Positions 38,612 through 47,504 of a stretch of DNA of 64,000 nt are shown here, piece by piece. Position numbers and translations under genes: made by a program. Below the pieces are notes generated by a model that was not told where the DNA came from, searched no databases, and saw only the letters and a list, made by a program, of their open reading frames with translations. The DNA is taken from IMG/VR virus record IMGVR_UViG_3300043409_000928, positions 124,001 through 188,000 of that record; one strand, written 5' to 3'. The stretch's first letter is position 1, and every line of letters starts with the position of its first letter.

Positions 38612-39664
38612 TTCCTTTGTGGCAGTCAATGAACCATCTTCATTCTGCCACAAAAATCCCCAAGCATTGTTGTAACGAGTAATACTTGGCAAACTTGGCC
38701 ATTTGGTTTTATAGTTGAAGTATTGTTCGTTTGCCCATACATCATTAATAATTTGTTTAGCAGGTAGCTTGTAAGTATTCCACTTGCCACCTACCTTGGG
38801 CTCATTTGTATATAATGCCCATTGCTGATAAGCTTCACTATCAAAGAAGTTTACAACATTGCTGGCCATGTATACTGCCTGTTCAGCAGTGGGGCTATGC
38901 ATACTCATACGATACTTAACAGCTTGCCACTTCATTGAGTAGTTCAGCCACCAAAGAAAATCGTGGTTTGTATTGATAGGAACAGGACACGCAGTCACAA
39001 GATCCCATAACATTGATTCTCGTTCATCTCTATAATTGTCACACTTGTCTAAAAGCCACGGTAAGCTTTCTGTTCTATAATCACCATGTATGGAATCAAA
39101 TTTGCCTGTATTATCCATGTAACCTTTTAAGGTTAAACTGCCAAACAAGTTGTCGGCACATTCACCAGTGATGCATACATTGCGTGTGTCGTTGATAATA
39201 CCATAGAAGTTATTACTTGGTAGTAGGCGTTGTCCAAAGTTTGGCAATATGATTTGATCAAAGAATTTTTGATTTTCAAGTTGACTATCTTCGTTTACAG
39301 CACACCATACATTCTTCTTAATAACTTCCCAGTCTGGATGACTAATCAGCAATGTTACAATTAGTGTACTATCAATTCCACCACTAAAAAATATTACTAA
39401 TCGTTCCCTGCCCGGATCGTTTAGTTTGGCAATGCATTCGTCAATGCGTGTATAACTAGCGGCGCTAAAGCTATGCATAATTTCTGGCCTTGGCGGAATA
39501 GGGCTATTATTGTAAATTTCAATGCCCGGGATATCAAGTGTACCAGTTCTATCATTTAAACTGATCCACGGGTTAAACATTTCAACAAACTCTTTGGTAA
39601 CGGGATCAATATTTCTATCACTACGATAGAGTCTATGTGGAATATAATATAATAATTTTTTCAT
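38600..39664 (-). CDS. Asparagine synthetase-like PP-loop ATP-dependent amide ligase
   Basis: IFFSGGIDST and ITGECADNLFG. Confidence 0.7.
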   Translation of the reverse strand: MKKLLYYIPHRLYRSDRNIDPVTKEFVEMFNPWISLNDRTGTLDIPGIEIYNNSPIPPRPEIMHSFSAASYTRIDECIAKLNDPGRERLVIFFSGGIDSTLIVTLLISHPDWEVIKKNVWCAVNEDSQLENQKFFDQIILPNFGQRLLPSNNFYGIINDTRNVCITGECADNLFGSLTLKGYMDNTGKFDSIHGDYRTESLPWLLDKCDNYRDERESMLWDLVTACPVPINTNHDFLWWLNYSMKWQAVKYRMSMHSPTAEQAVYMASNVVNFFDSEAYQQWALYTNEPKVGGKWNTYKLPAKQIINDVWANEQYFNYKTKWPSLPSITRYNNAWGFLWQNEDGSLTATKELDD

Positions 39665-39666
39665 AG

Positions 39667-40287
39667 TTACATCATCATTGTTAAAAAGGAATCTTCTTCC
39701 ATTGCTGTTCTACATTTGGCAATGTCGTCTTTATTCTTGGCATTGCGAATAGCAATTTGGTGCCGTGCTCGTAATCTTTCAAGTTTACGTATTAAAAATT
39801 TTCTGTTTTGGTATTTGTTTACAATAATGCCAGCGGCAACATTAATAGTCAAGCCGCTTTCTTCTGCATAGTCACTGACCATATTGGATTCTCCTACACC
39901 ACTTTCAATCACAGTCATGGCCTGCTTATATTTTTCTTCGTATGCTTCTATTTGCCATTGATTTTGTATTTCAAATCTTTTAAAGCCATGGGCCAAGCGA
40001 TGTTGAAGCTCAACCAGTAATCCTACTTTAGTTTGCAGATTGTGACTTAGTGCTACAAGTTCTAGGTCTTTACGATGCGGCACAAACGTGGTAACCTTAG
40101 GACCTTTAAATTGAATTCTAAAGTCTAAATTAAAATTTCGTAGTTGTTGCGCCGGTAAATCATCAACGCTGTATATTCTAGAAATGGCTCTAAATTCATT
40201 TTGACAAGCACTTTCCAGAACTGATAAATTTTCACACCAAGCGAGTACTTCATTTTCCGCCGTGCAAGCAATTGCTAACCATTGCAT
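39667..40287 (-). CDS. Hypothetical protein, C-terminus resembles phage tail-fibre assembly helical domain
   Basis: Y..K...A......YAEE.G.T....A..I..K......LE..R pattern; GGAG RBS. Confidence 0.3.
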   Translation of the reverse strand: MQWLAIACTAENEVLAWCENLSVLESACQNEFRAISRIYSVDDLPAQQLRNFNLDFRIQFKGPKVTTFVPHRKDLELVALSHNLQTKVGLLVELQHRLAHGFKRFEIQNQWQIEAYEEKYKQAMTVIESGVGESNMVSDYAEESGLTINVAAGIIVNKYQNRKFLIRKLERLRARHQIAIRNAKNKDDIAKCRTAMEEDSFLTMMM

Positions 40288-40333
40288 AGTGGTCTCCTAT
40301 ATACTGTTATATACCTATATAATTTAGTTGATG

Positions 40334-40858
40334 TTAACCAATAGAAATATCTGGTGAAAACCGAACACTAAGCATGAGTCTTCTTTTGTCACTGTGATTA
40401 ATAACCTGGTGAGGAACATCTATTTTAACAATTGTGGGCTTATCAACAATGATTGATTGTTGTATTTGTTTTTCTTCGTCCCAGTTAAGTTCTAAATATT
40501 TTAGGCCTTGCGTATTTGCAGTTTCGCTTAGATGAAATTTACCAGAGTACCAAATCATCTCACCAGCATCACAATTGGCAATTGGAATATTCAATGCACA
40601 GTTACTTGCACCCCTACGGTCGACATCATAGCCATCAACATGTATTGCTTGTGTGCTAGTTGGACCTTGCCCAAATACTATTGCACTTTTGAGTTTTAAC
40701 GTACTTCCCAGTGTTGATTCTAATATGTCTGCTAACCAAATGTTATCTTCCTGAGTACAAATATAGCTCTGTTGTGTAGCAACATCGGGCATAAGCCCTT
40801 GGAAACGCTCAACAATGGCTGTACAATTGGCCAGCTCAATGTGTTTATATAATTGCAT
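40334..40858 (-). CDS. 2OG-Fe(II) dioxygenase-like protein
   Basis: IHVDG...ALNIPI...PHQVIN...RLMLSVRF. Confidence 0.65.
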   Translation of the reverse strand: MQLYKHIELANCTAIVERFQGLMPDVATQQSYICTQEDNIWLADILESTLGSTLKLKSAIVFGQGPTSTQAIHVDGYDVDRRGASNCALNIPIANCDAGEMIWYSGKFHLSETANTQGLKYLELNWDEEKQIQQSIIVDKPTIVKIDVPHQVINHSDKRRLMLSVRFSPDISIG

Positions 40859-40862
40859 ATTC

Positions 40863-40904
40863 TATTTATCTTGGCGTAAACAACAAATCTATTATCTATA
40901 AATA
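40863..40904. promoter_or_regulatory. Back-to-back late promoter motifs (TAAATA minus 40863-40868; TATAAATA plus 40897-40904)
   Basis: Each lies 4-5 nt before a divergent ATG. Confidence 0.7.
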
Positions 40905-40909
40905 GCAGT

Positions 40910-41362
40910 ATGGAATACATTATAACTTTTTTGGTCTGGACTCTCTACTTGTATGTGATTCATCGCGTAATACATGGGGTAGGATTAAAGTTCTTTCCTG
41001 TTGCGTTCAAGGCACACGCTGATCACCACAAATATATTAATACCCACGAGCAAACCAAATGGCACTGGAACAACTTGTTCTTGTTCAACGATACTTGGAC
41101 AAGTACATTGGATCTTTGGATTACAGAAGTCATTCCAACTTTGGTTTTTAGTTGGATAACAGGTTACTGGTGGATCAGCGTATTTTATTATCTATGGGCG
41201 GCACTGGTGCAAGAAACAATTGAACACAATCCAAAATTCAACGTCTATCCGTACCTTACAAGTGGAAAGTGGCACCTAATTCACCATCGAGATACCACTG
41301 CTAATTATGGATTGTTTATTCCGCTGTGGGATAAACTATTTGGCACACTTACTCGTGCCTAG
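40910..41362 (+). CDS. Fatty acid hydroxylase/sterol desaturase family membrane protein
   Basis: HRVIH, HADHH, HLIHH...NYG....WDKLFGT. Confidence 0.85.
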   Translation: MEYIITFLVWTLYLYVIHRVIHGVGLKFFPVAFKAHADHHKYINTHEQTKWHWNNLFLFNDTWTSTLDLWITEVIPTLVFSWITGYWWISVFYYLWAALVQETIEHNPKFNVYPYLTSGKWHLIHHRDTTANYGLFIPLWDKLFGTLTRA

Positions 41363-42063
41363 GCAAATTGAAACTTTTTAGTTGGCCCAAATCTTTCTGC
41401 CCAGTCGTGGTATGCAAACAGTGTCTGATCGGGTGCTTCAACTTCGCGCTGTAATATTACATTCCATATGTCCATGAAATGTCTTTTAATAAGGCGTTGT
41501 GTATGCATGTCATCAACCGGATATGTTCTAATTGAAACACCGTCACCTGTGTCAATGAAAATTTGTGCAGGCCCGTTTCTAATGCCCATGTCATCTAGTG
41601 CTTTAAATGCATACTCAACTTTATTTACAAACTCTTGAGCTGATTGGTTTTCGAACAATGTCCATTTTCCTTCTTTAAAAGATAAACAGCAATTTAGTAC
41701 GTGCTGGCCTTTGTAAGAAACAGTTTCAAATAAAAATGTCCCTTCTTGTTCACTGCCATTGTACCAATTTTCCAATCGTGCAGTAGCCTTGTCTTTAAGA
41801 TTTGAAAGTAGTATCCTATCTTCTTGCGTTAGCCTTTCAACTAATCGTTGTCCAGCAAGATTACAGCCGATTGCACTTTTGAATGTTGCATCATCACTGA
41901 ATGGCGGGCCAGTATTGTGATTATAAAGAAATTTACTATCAATGCTATAAGAAACTAACTGCCCAGCGGTTACAACAATGTTATAAGTGATGCCTTTTTC
42001 TTTAAAGAAGTCCAGAAAGTTATAGTGATTTTGTGTAGGGTTGACCAACAATATATCAATCAT
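41359..42063 (-). CDS. Hypothetical protein with degenerate ATP-grasp-like C-terminus
   Basis: ALDDMGIRNGPAQIFI resembles the ATP-grasp LG...G..H.E segment; catalytic residues not clear. Confidence 0.3.
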   Translation of the reverse strand: MIDILLVNPTQNHYNFLDFFKEKGITYNIVVTAGQLVSYSIDSKFLYNHNTGPPFSDDATFKSAIGCNLAGQRLVERLTQEDRILLSNLKDKATARLENWYNGSEQEGTFLFETVSYKGQHVLNCCLSFKEGKWTLFENQSAQEFVNKVEYAFKALDDMGIRNGPAQIFIDTGDGVSIRTYPVDDMHTQRLIKRHFMDIWNVILQREVEAPDQTLFAYHDWAERFGPTKKFQFA

Positions 42064-42067
42064 TGTA

Positions 42068-42370
42068 TTATTCCTGATTAAAGTGAGTGGCCAATAGTGC
42101 TCCAACAAATCTTGTCACTTTTGATTTGATCAGCTCACTGTTCATCATTACTTCAAAGTCTACAATTTGGTCTAAGTATTGCTCTAATTGTTTGATCCCA
42201 AGTACTTCTTTACTTGTTTTAATATCGCTTAGGTCTTTTTGTTTGAAGATAATTTCTGTGCCATCTGCAAGATATACTTTGATCCAATCTATATATTCAA
42301 CAGGCACTTCTTCAACATGAACTTCTCTAAGCATGTCTTCAAAACTACGATCTTTCTTGCGGATGCTCAT
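42068..42370 (-). CDS. Hypothetical protein
   Basis: 100-aa acidic ORF. Confidence 0.5.
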   Translation of the reverse strand: MSIRKKDRSFEDMLREVHVEEVPVEYIDWIKVYLADGTEIIFKQKDLSDIKTSKEVLGIKQLEQYLDQIVDFEVMMNSELIKSKVTRFVGALLATHFNQE

Positions 42371-42413
42371 TTATTATTCCAAAAAGATTTAATACGGCCA
42401 AGTAACGATGGAT

Positions 42414-43040
42414 TTATGCCACCATCTTTACCTTTGTTGGTCTGCCACGGCCCCTCTTGTTTTCGGTCGCTGTCAATGAGGCTTGATTTTCTTGGACGAC
42501 CGCGACCGCGCCTTTTGGGTCCAGTTTCTCAGCCTCCTCACGCAGGCGTCTTACTTCGACTTCAAATGTATTTGCTTGTTGACGAAACTTTGCCGCTAGA
42601 GATTCATCTGTAATAACTCCTGTGGAGTTGCTTGGCAAATTTTGTGCAATGTCAGCAGACCTAGTTCCAGTTGCTGCCTGAGTGTTTGCAATACCTTTAA
42701 GCTGTTTGTTCAGTTCAACAAGATTAATTTCAACACCGGACTGTGGCGTCATCATAATACTCTTAGTTGGAACCTTAACCATCCATCCGCGTTGATGAAT
42801 GGTATTCAGCATATTTGTACCATCGGTAAACTGTTGCCTAAACAACCAGTCACTCGGGTCTAGCATATCTTGACAACCAGATGTTTCAATAGCTCTAATT
42901 AAGTCATCGTGGTATAACGCAGTCAGCATTCCAGTTGGAACTACCAATGCATGTTCTGGATCTCCAGGAACTTCACGAAATACAACTACAACTTTGTTAC
43001 CTTGTCCATTGATTCCGACATGTTTAATAAATTTTGCCAT
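42414..43040 (-). CDS. Hypothetical protein
   Basis: Start reassigned to MAKFIKHVG after GGAG RBS. Confidence 0.55.
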   Translation of the reverse strand: MAKFIKHVGINGQGNKVVVVFREVPGDPEHALVVPTGMLTALYHDDLIRAIETSGCQDMLDPSDWLFRQQFTDGTNMLNTIHQRGWMVKVPTKSIMMTPQSGVEINLVELNKQLKGIANTQAATGTRSADIAQNLPSNSTGVITDESLAAKFRQQANTFEVEVRRLREEAEKLDPKGAVAVVQENQASLTATENKRGRGRPTKVKMVA

Positions 43041-43062
43041 CTTAGCAACTCCTTTAATGTTG

Positions 43063-43329
43063 TTACTCGGTAACTTCTGCAGGTACCTCTTCTCCAGCTG
43101 GTGCTGGTGTACTCTCTGGTGTTGCAACCATTGGTTCATTTGTTTTTAAGAAATTCGCCAACTTGTTATAAGTGGCCCCAATAATTTCCATTTCATTTGC
43201 ACGGAATGCTCCACGCTGTGCGCCCAACTCTACTGCACCTGCAAGAACTTTCATATCTTGTAAAGTCAGTGTAACTGGTGCTGGTTGTGCTTCTTGTGCA
43301 ACTTCTTGTGTATCTTGTACTTGTTCCAT
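43063..43329 (-). CDS. Hypothetical small phage protein
   Basis: AGGAG RBS; RGAFRANE motif. Confidence 0.55.
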   Translation of the reverse strand: MEQVQDTQEVAQEAQPAPVTLTLQDMKVLAGAVELGAQRGAFRANEMEIIGATYNKLANFLKTNEPMVATPESTPAPAGEEVPAEVTE

Positions 43330-43405
43330 TTAAAATCTCCTAGGTTAGAACGGAATATCCATCACGAATACTTATAGTGCTATTCTACCTAGATTTAACC
43401 AAAAA

Positions 43406-44284
43406 TTAGGCGCTAACAATTCTTATTTTCCTACGATCCTTTTCACTTCTACACTGATTCATTGTGCAGGCAAATGGTTGTGTAGGTGGACACCATGCAG
43501 GATCAAACGCATTGAAGTGCTCGTTTCTGCCACCACATTGACTGTATGATACAAATCCTTTGGGGTTTATATATAACCAATCAACCCCTGCATAGCAAGG
43601 CATTCCTGTATACACAGGATCTGTGTCATTGACTATTCGTAAATCAATGTACCTAGGATCTGGCAAGTTTAGATCAACAATAACGGGCTCTGATATATAA
43701 TCATCAGGTCTGCCAAAAATTCTGTTTTCATCAATTGTACTGTATCCGCTGTACAGCTCGCCATTTTCGTTATACAATATTTGTTCACAGCAGTGGTACC
43801 CTAAGTTTTTAAAGTACTCTACTTTTTGTCTAAACTCAAAAACACGACCCGGAACTAACGGAACTTCAATTGATACTTCTATGTTTTTTTCTTGACATTG
43901 CTCCAATATAAATCCAACCACATCATCGTTTTGCCATTCGTGGTAAGTGAGTTTAAGTCTATCAATTAAATTTAACACCCCGTACAGTGCAAAATACGTA
44001 TCATCACCACTGGTATCTAATCTTATAATACAAGGCTGTTCTCTCATTTTTTTTAGCAATGTACTCAGGTCAGGGAAGTTCAGTGGTTCACCGCCACCTA
44101 TCTTCCAAAGTATTTTAGAGTGATGTTGTAGTCTTGTATTTTGTAATTTTTCAATGACAGAGAGATACTGGTCAACGGGCCTGTCTAAATTTCCAGTTCT
44201 AAATTGTGGCTGGCAATAAGAACATTGTAGTTTGCAATGAGCATTTAAAAGCCAAGTTACCTCTGCATGGTCTAGTTCTATCAT
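43406..44284 (-). CDS. Radical SAM enzyme with Cys-rich (twitch/SPASM-like) C-terminus
   Basis: CKLQCSYC; GGGEP; PCYAG...QCG...C....AC..NQC. Confidence 0.85.
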   Translation of the reverse strand: MIELDHAEVTWLLNAHCKLQCSYCQPQFRTGNLDRPVDQYLSVIEKLQNTRLQHHSKILWKIGGGEPLNFPDLSTLLKKMREQPCIIRLDTSGDDTYFALYGVLNLIDRLKLTYHEWQNDDVVGFILEQCQEKNIEVSIEVPLVPGRVFEFRQKVEYFKNLGYHCCEQILYNENGELYSGYSTIDENRIFGRPDDYISEPVIVDLNLPDPRYIDLRIVNDTDPVYTGMPCYAGVDWLYINPKGFVSYSQCGGRNEHFNAFDPAWCPPTQPFACTMNQCRSEKDRRKIRIVSA

Positions 44285-44289
44285 GTGTA

Positions 44290-44295
44290 TATTTA
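44290..44295 (-). promoter_or_regulatory. Late promoter motif TAAATA, 5 nt before the radical SAM ATG
   Basis: tTAAATAtacacATG. Confidence 0.65.
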
Positions 44296-44303
44296 ACTAA
44301 GCC

Positions 44304-44331
44304 AAAAAAAAACGCACTCCAAGAGTGCGTT
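44304..44331 (-). terminator. Rho-independent terminator after the VWA gene
   Basis: 9-bp stem AACGCACTC/GAGTGCGTT, 3-nt loop, U-tract on minus strand. Confidence 0.85.
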
Positions 44332-44347
44332 AAAGGAGCTCAGCAAA

Positions 44348-45556
44348 TTAATGCTTGGGTGGCACGTAATTGGCAGTGATACCAAACGGTGCAGTGATAT
44401 CTTTGCTACCATGCACAACAAACAGCGTGTCGCAGTAGTCTGGGTCTCCCCATGAACCGAACGGGTAGCCGTCTGTAAAGAATACCAATTGGTGCGGCTG
44501 AACTTCGTTGTCTTTCATCCATTGCCATACACAAGCAAAGTCTGTACCGCCCCCACCTTTAATACTGTATTCAGCCATGCTTCGACCATCGTCGCCGGTA
44601 AACGTGTCTTCGTTGTAAACGTCTGTGTCAAAGGTAACTACCTGCACCTTGTAACTTGTAAACTGATCCAAGCTACCTTGTACCATACCTAAGAAGTCAC
44701 GCAACATGCCTTCATCAATGGAACCGGATGCATCTAGTGCCACTACAATGTCAAGTTCCTCACCAGGTAACTGTCCTGGAAGTACTGCACCGGTGTGCCA
44801 GCCCTTGCGGTTGGGACGCATCCAAGTGTAATCGCTTTTTACTGATCCACTAAACTGAATACGCAACAGATCTTTAAGATCCATTACAGGTGCAGTAATA
44901 TCTTTAACCAGTCTTTCAATATCCATTGGGACATTGCCAGCGCCTGCATTTTTCGTTGCCTGTATAACTGCTTCACGCCATTCATCGCGCAAGGCTTTCT
45001 GTTCTTCTTCGCTTAACTTCTTAAACTTTGGCCTGCCCTTGCCAGGAATAGGATTGCCATTGGCATCAGTTTCGCCATCGCCTTCTTCGCCATCGCCTTC
45101 CATGTCTAAGTGATCATCTAGCGTCATTTGGATTTTGACAGCGTTTTTCATTAAGTCATCATATACTTCGTCGGCAGTCTTGCCTTCATACTTACGATCT
45201 TCTAAGATTGGGACGGCAGTAATGCGAGTTCCAACGCTTTCACGGATCAGCATGTTGTTGATAACATAGTCACCTGCCATGTTCCAAATCTGTGGTTCCC
45301 GACTACCACGGCGTGTCATGTGATCAAAAATAATGTGTCCAAGCTCGTGTCCAAATCCAAAAATTAACTCGCCATCTGACAGCTTCTGGACAAACTCTTT
45401 ATTGTAGTAGAACTTGCGGCCGTCTGTTGCAATAGTTTTGCACCATTCTACTTCTTCTAATTTTAGGCGAGCGGCCAACGGTCCCCAAAATGGATACTTT
45501 AAGAGCATGGCAACACGGCTCTTAATTAAACGATCTCTTGCAGGCATTTTAGACAT
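44348..45556 (-). CDS. Putative metallopeptidase (HExxH) plus VWA domain protein, DUF2201-like
   Basis: TIATDG; HELGH; VALDASGS MIDAS; GGGTDF; FTDG. Confidence 0.85.
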   Translation of the reverse strand: MSKMPARDRLIKSRVAMLLKYPFWGPLAARLKLEEVEWCKTIATDGRKFYYNKEFVQKLSDGELIFGFGHELGHIIFDHMTRRGSREPQIWNMAGDYVINNMLIRESVGTRITAVPILEDRKYEGKTADEVYDDLMKNAVKIQMTLDDHLDMEGDGEEGDGETDANGNPIPGKGRPKFKKLSEEEQKALRDEWREAVIQATKNAGAGNVPMDIERLVKDITAPVMDLKDLLRIQFSGSVKSDYTWMRPNRKGWHTGAVLPGQLPGEELDIVVALDASGSIDEGMLRDFLGMVQGSLDQFTSYKVQVVTFDTDVYNEDTFTGDDGRSMAEYSIKGGGGTDFACVWQWMKDNEVQPHQLVFFTDGYPFGSWGDPDYCDTLFVVHGSKDITAPFGITANYVPPKH

Positions 45557-45584
45557 ATAATGGCTCCATTTACTTTATGTATAT

Positions 45585-45613
45585 ATTATACTGTTATTTA
45601 GGCTTTTGGTCAA
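45585..45613 (-). promoter_or_regulatory. sigma70 promoter
   Basis: TTGACC-17nt-TATAAT preceded by AAAAAATCAGG. Confidence 0.75.
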
Positions 45614-45938
45614 CCTGATTTTTTATCAAATCTGGACCTGACAAGTCCCAAATCATAGCCACTTGTGGATCCCTGAACCAAATAGATTGCTTTGGTATAA
45701 AATCCCAATCCAGTCGCTTCAATCCTTGTTCTCTGGCCCATTTGGTAACTTCATTAATTGTGGCATTGGTTGGGTAAGATCGGACGGACCAGCTCTTCCT
45801 TTGTTCGCGGAGCCACTCGCTAACATCAGATGGGGCAGGGGGCTGATCCGCCCAAACTTGGCGGGCTTCTGAGCCATACATTATTTCAAGTACGGCCCAG
45901 TTCCGTTGTCTCTTACTCGTCTGTGAGTAAGTTGGCAT
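45594..45938 (-). CDS. Hypothetical protein
   Basis: ORF between MoxR and VWA; true start uncertain (possibly 45881). Confidence 0.45.
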   Translation of the reverse strand: MPTYSQTSKRQRNWAVLEIMYGSEARQVWADQPPAPSDVSEWLREQRKSWSVRSYPTNATINEVTKWAREQGLKRLDWDFIPKQSIWFRDPQVAMIWDLSGPDLIKNQVDQKPK

Positions 45939-47013
45939 AGCGTTTGAAGAAGTCAGGGAAGTTAGTCATCTTCTTACGATCAAACACCACCTTGTAAGAC
46001 TTCAATACAGTATGGGCACCCATGATAACCATTTCTGGTTCAAAGTTCGCCATCATAAAGCCCAGCCAGTTGTCTGCACTCTTGTTGAACTCGTCTAACT
46101 TGCCAGACCGCTTGCCTGCTTCGTAACGTGTACGAAGTTCGTAGCTCAGGCTGGTGACCATTGCATAAGCGGCACTTACCTCTTTGCTCTTAAAAGTGGT
46201 AACTTTACCTGACAGCACATCTTCTGGAGCAGGCAAGTCCGCGGCATGTTTACGATGGCTCATAAACTTAATTGCCATTCCTTCACCAACCAAGCCAGAT
46301 ACCATATCTGTGTTGGCACTGGCCGGCATGTCGTCGTCCAGCATCTCGCTGACAAAACTCCAGGTGCGAGGAGTAGCAAAGGCACGGTCGTGTTGCGTAG
46401 GATCAAAGTTGTATAGGTCGCCTTTGAACTGCTTCAAGAAGCCAACCACGTGCGGATGGACTTCGTGCATGATGGCCCATTGTTCCCAGTCTTCAAAGTC
46501 CACTCGGATTTCCAAGTGCATGAAACGGTTGGCTAGTGGGCTAGGCATACGATAGGTAACACCCTTATCGCCCATTCGGTTACCTGCGGCAATTAGAACC
46601 ACATTGTCGGGCAATTTGTATTGTCCAACCTTGCGGTTAAGGATAAGTTGGTAAGCCGCGGCTTGTACAGCAGGAGGAGCACTGTTAAGCTCATCTAAGA
46701 ACAAGAACACAATGTCGTATTCTTTTGCAAATTCCTCAGTAGGCAATTCTGAAGGGGTAGCCCACTTCATAGTATTGTCACCTGCACTATAATAAGGGAC
46801 ACCCTTAATATCTGTAGGATCCATTAGGGCCATACGCAAGTCCACGACTGCGGAGTTGGGCCATTCTGCGGCAACTTGGTTCACCATATCCGACTTGCCT
46901 ACTCCGGGAGGTCCCCAGACAAAGACAGGTCGGCGTTTTGCAACGGCTCGGCGTAGAATTGGTTTGCACTCGCTAATTTTTACGGTGCGGGTTTCGACTG
47001 TATTAGATCCCAT
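45913..47013 (-). CDS. MoxR-family AAA+ ATPase
   Basis: GPPGVGKS Walker A; LFLDELN Walker B; AAGN; LANRF. Confidence 0.9.
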   Translation of the reverse strand: MGSNTVETRTVKISECKPILRRAVAKRRPVFVWGPPGVGKSDMVNQVAAEWPNSAVVDLRMALMDPTDIKGVPYYSAGDNTMKWATPSELPTEEFAKEYDIVFLFLDELNSAPPAVQAAAYQLILNRKVGQYKLPDNVVLIAAGNRMGDKGVTYRMPSPLANRFMHLEIRVDFEDWEQWAIMHEVHPHVVGFLKQFKGDLYNFDPTQHDRAFATPRTWSFVSEMLDDDMPASANTDMVSGLVGEGMAIKFMSHRKHAADLPAPEDVLSGKVTTFKSKEVSAAYAMVTSLSYELRTRYEAGKRSGKLDEFNKSADNWLGFMMANFEPEMVIMGAHTVLKSYKVVFDRKKMTNFPDFFKRYANLLTDE

Positions 47014-47051
47014 TTGGTGGCTCCAGCTTAGGGTTTGTTGAACATGTATTT

Positions 47052-47080
47052 ATTATAGCAAACACAGGGGTTGTTGTCAA
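47052..47080 (-). promoter_or_regulatory. Perfect consensus sigma70 promoter
   Basis: TTGACA-17nt-TATAAT. Confidence 0.9.
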
Positions 47081-47087
47081 CCCCTGT
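47064..47087. repeat. Perfect 10-bp inverted repeat overlapping the -35 box (terminator or operator)
   Basis: ACAGGGGTTG-TTGT-CAACCCCTGT. Confidence 0.85.
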
Positions 47088-47092
47088 TGTTA

Positions 47093-47449
47093 TCACGCAA
47101 CTGCTTCTGCAGAAACTACAGGACTAACTTGTGCAACAAACTCAGAAGCATCAATAGCTTCTTTGGTCATTGCAAAAGGCAACTCCACAAACTTAACATC
47201 GGTGCAACCTGCACGGACCAAAGTGCGAGTCCGGCGCTTGTCGTTTGTGTAACGAACTGCACCTTTACCATTTTTGCTGACAGCATATCCAACATGGGTA
47301 AAAGTCTCACCATTGGTAACTGCTTCAATTGCGGCAGTGACAACAGCAGGTGCAACTGGGGCAACAACAGCAGATGCCATAATTTTGGCACGGGCACGAG
47401 CTTCACGCTTGCGGATTGCAGTAGGGGTCTGCGAAAGAACTTTAGACAT
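47093..47449 (-). CDS. Hypothetical protein with basic/Ala-rich N-terminus
   Basis: Start reassigned to MSKVL after AGGAG RBS. Confidence 0.6.
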   Translation of the reverse strand: MSKVLSQTPTAIRKREARARAKIMASAVVAPVAPAVVTAAIEAVTNGETFTHVGYAVSKNGKGAVRYTNDKRRTRTLVRAGCTDVKFVELPFAMTKEAIDASEFVAQVSPVVSAEAVA

Positions 47450-47504
47450 AAAAATACTCCTGTGTGTGTTTAAAAACATTGCAGAACCGTTCCGCAATAT
47501 GTAT

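Noticed and set aside
35471-39664. Calling either PP-loop protein QueC
   Set aside because: Both lack the C-terminal zinc-binding Cys motif of QueC and lie far from the que genes.
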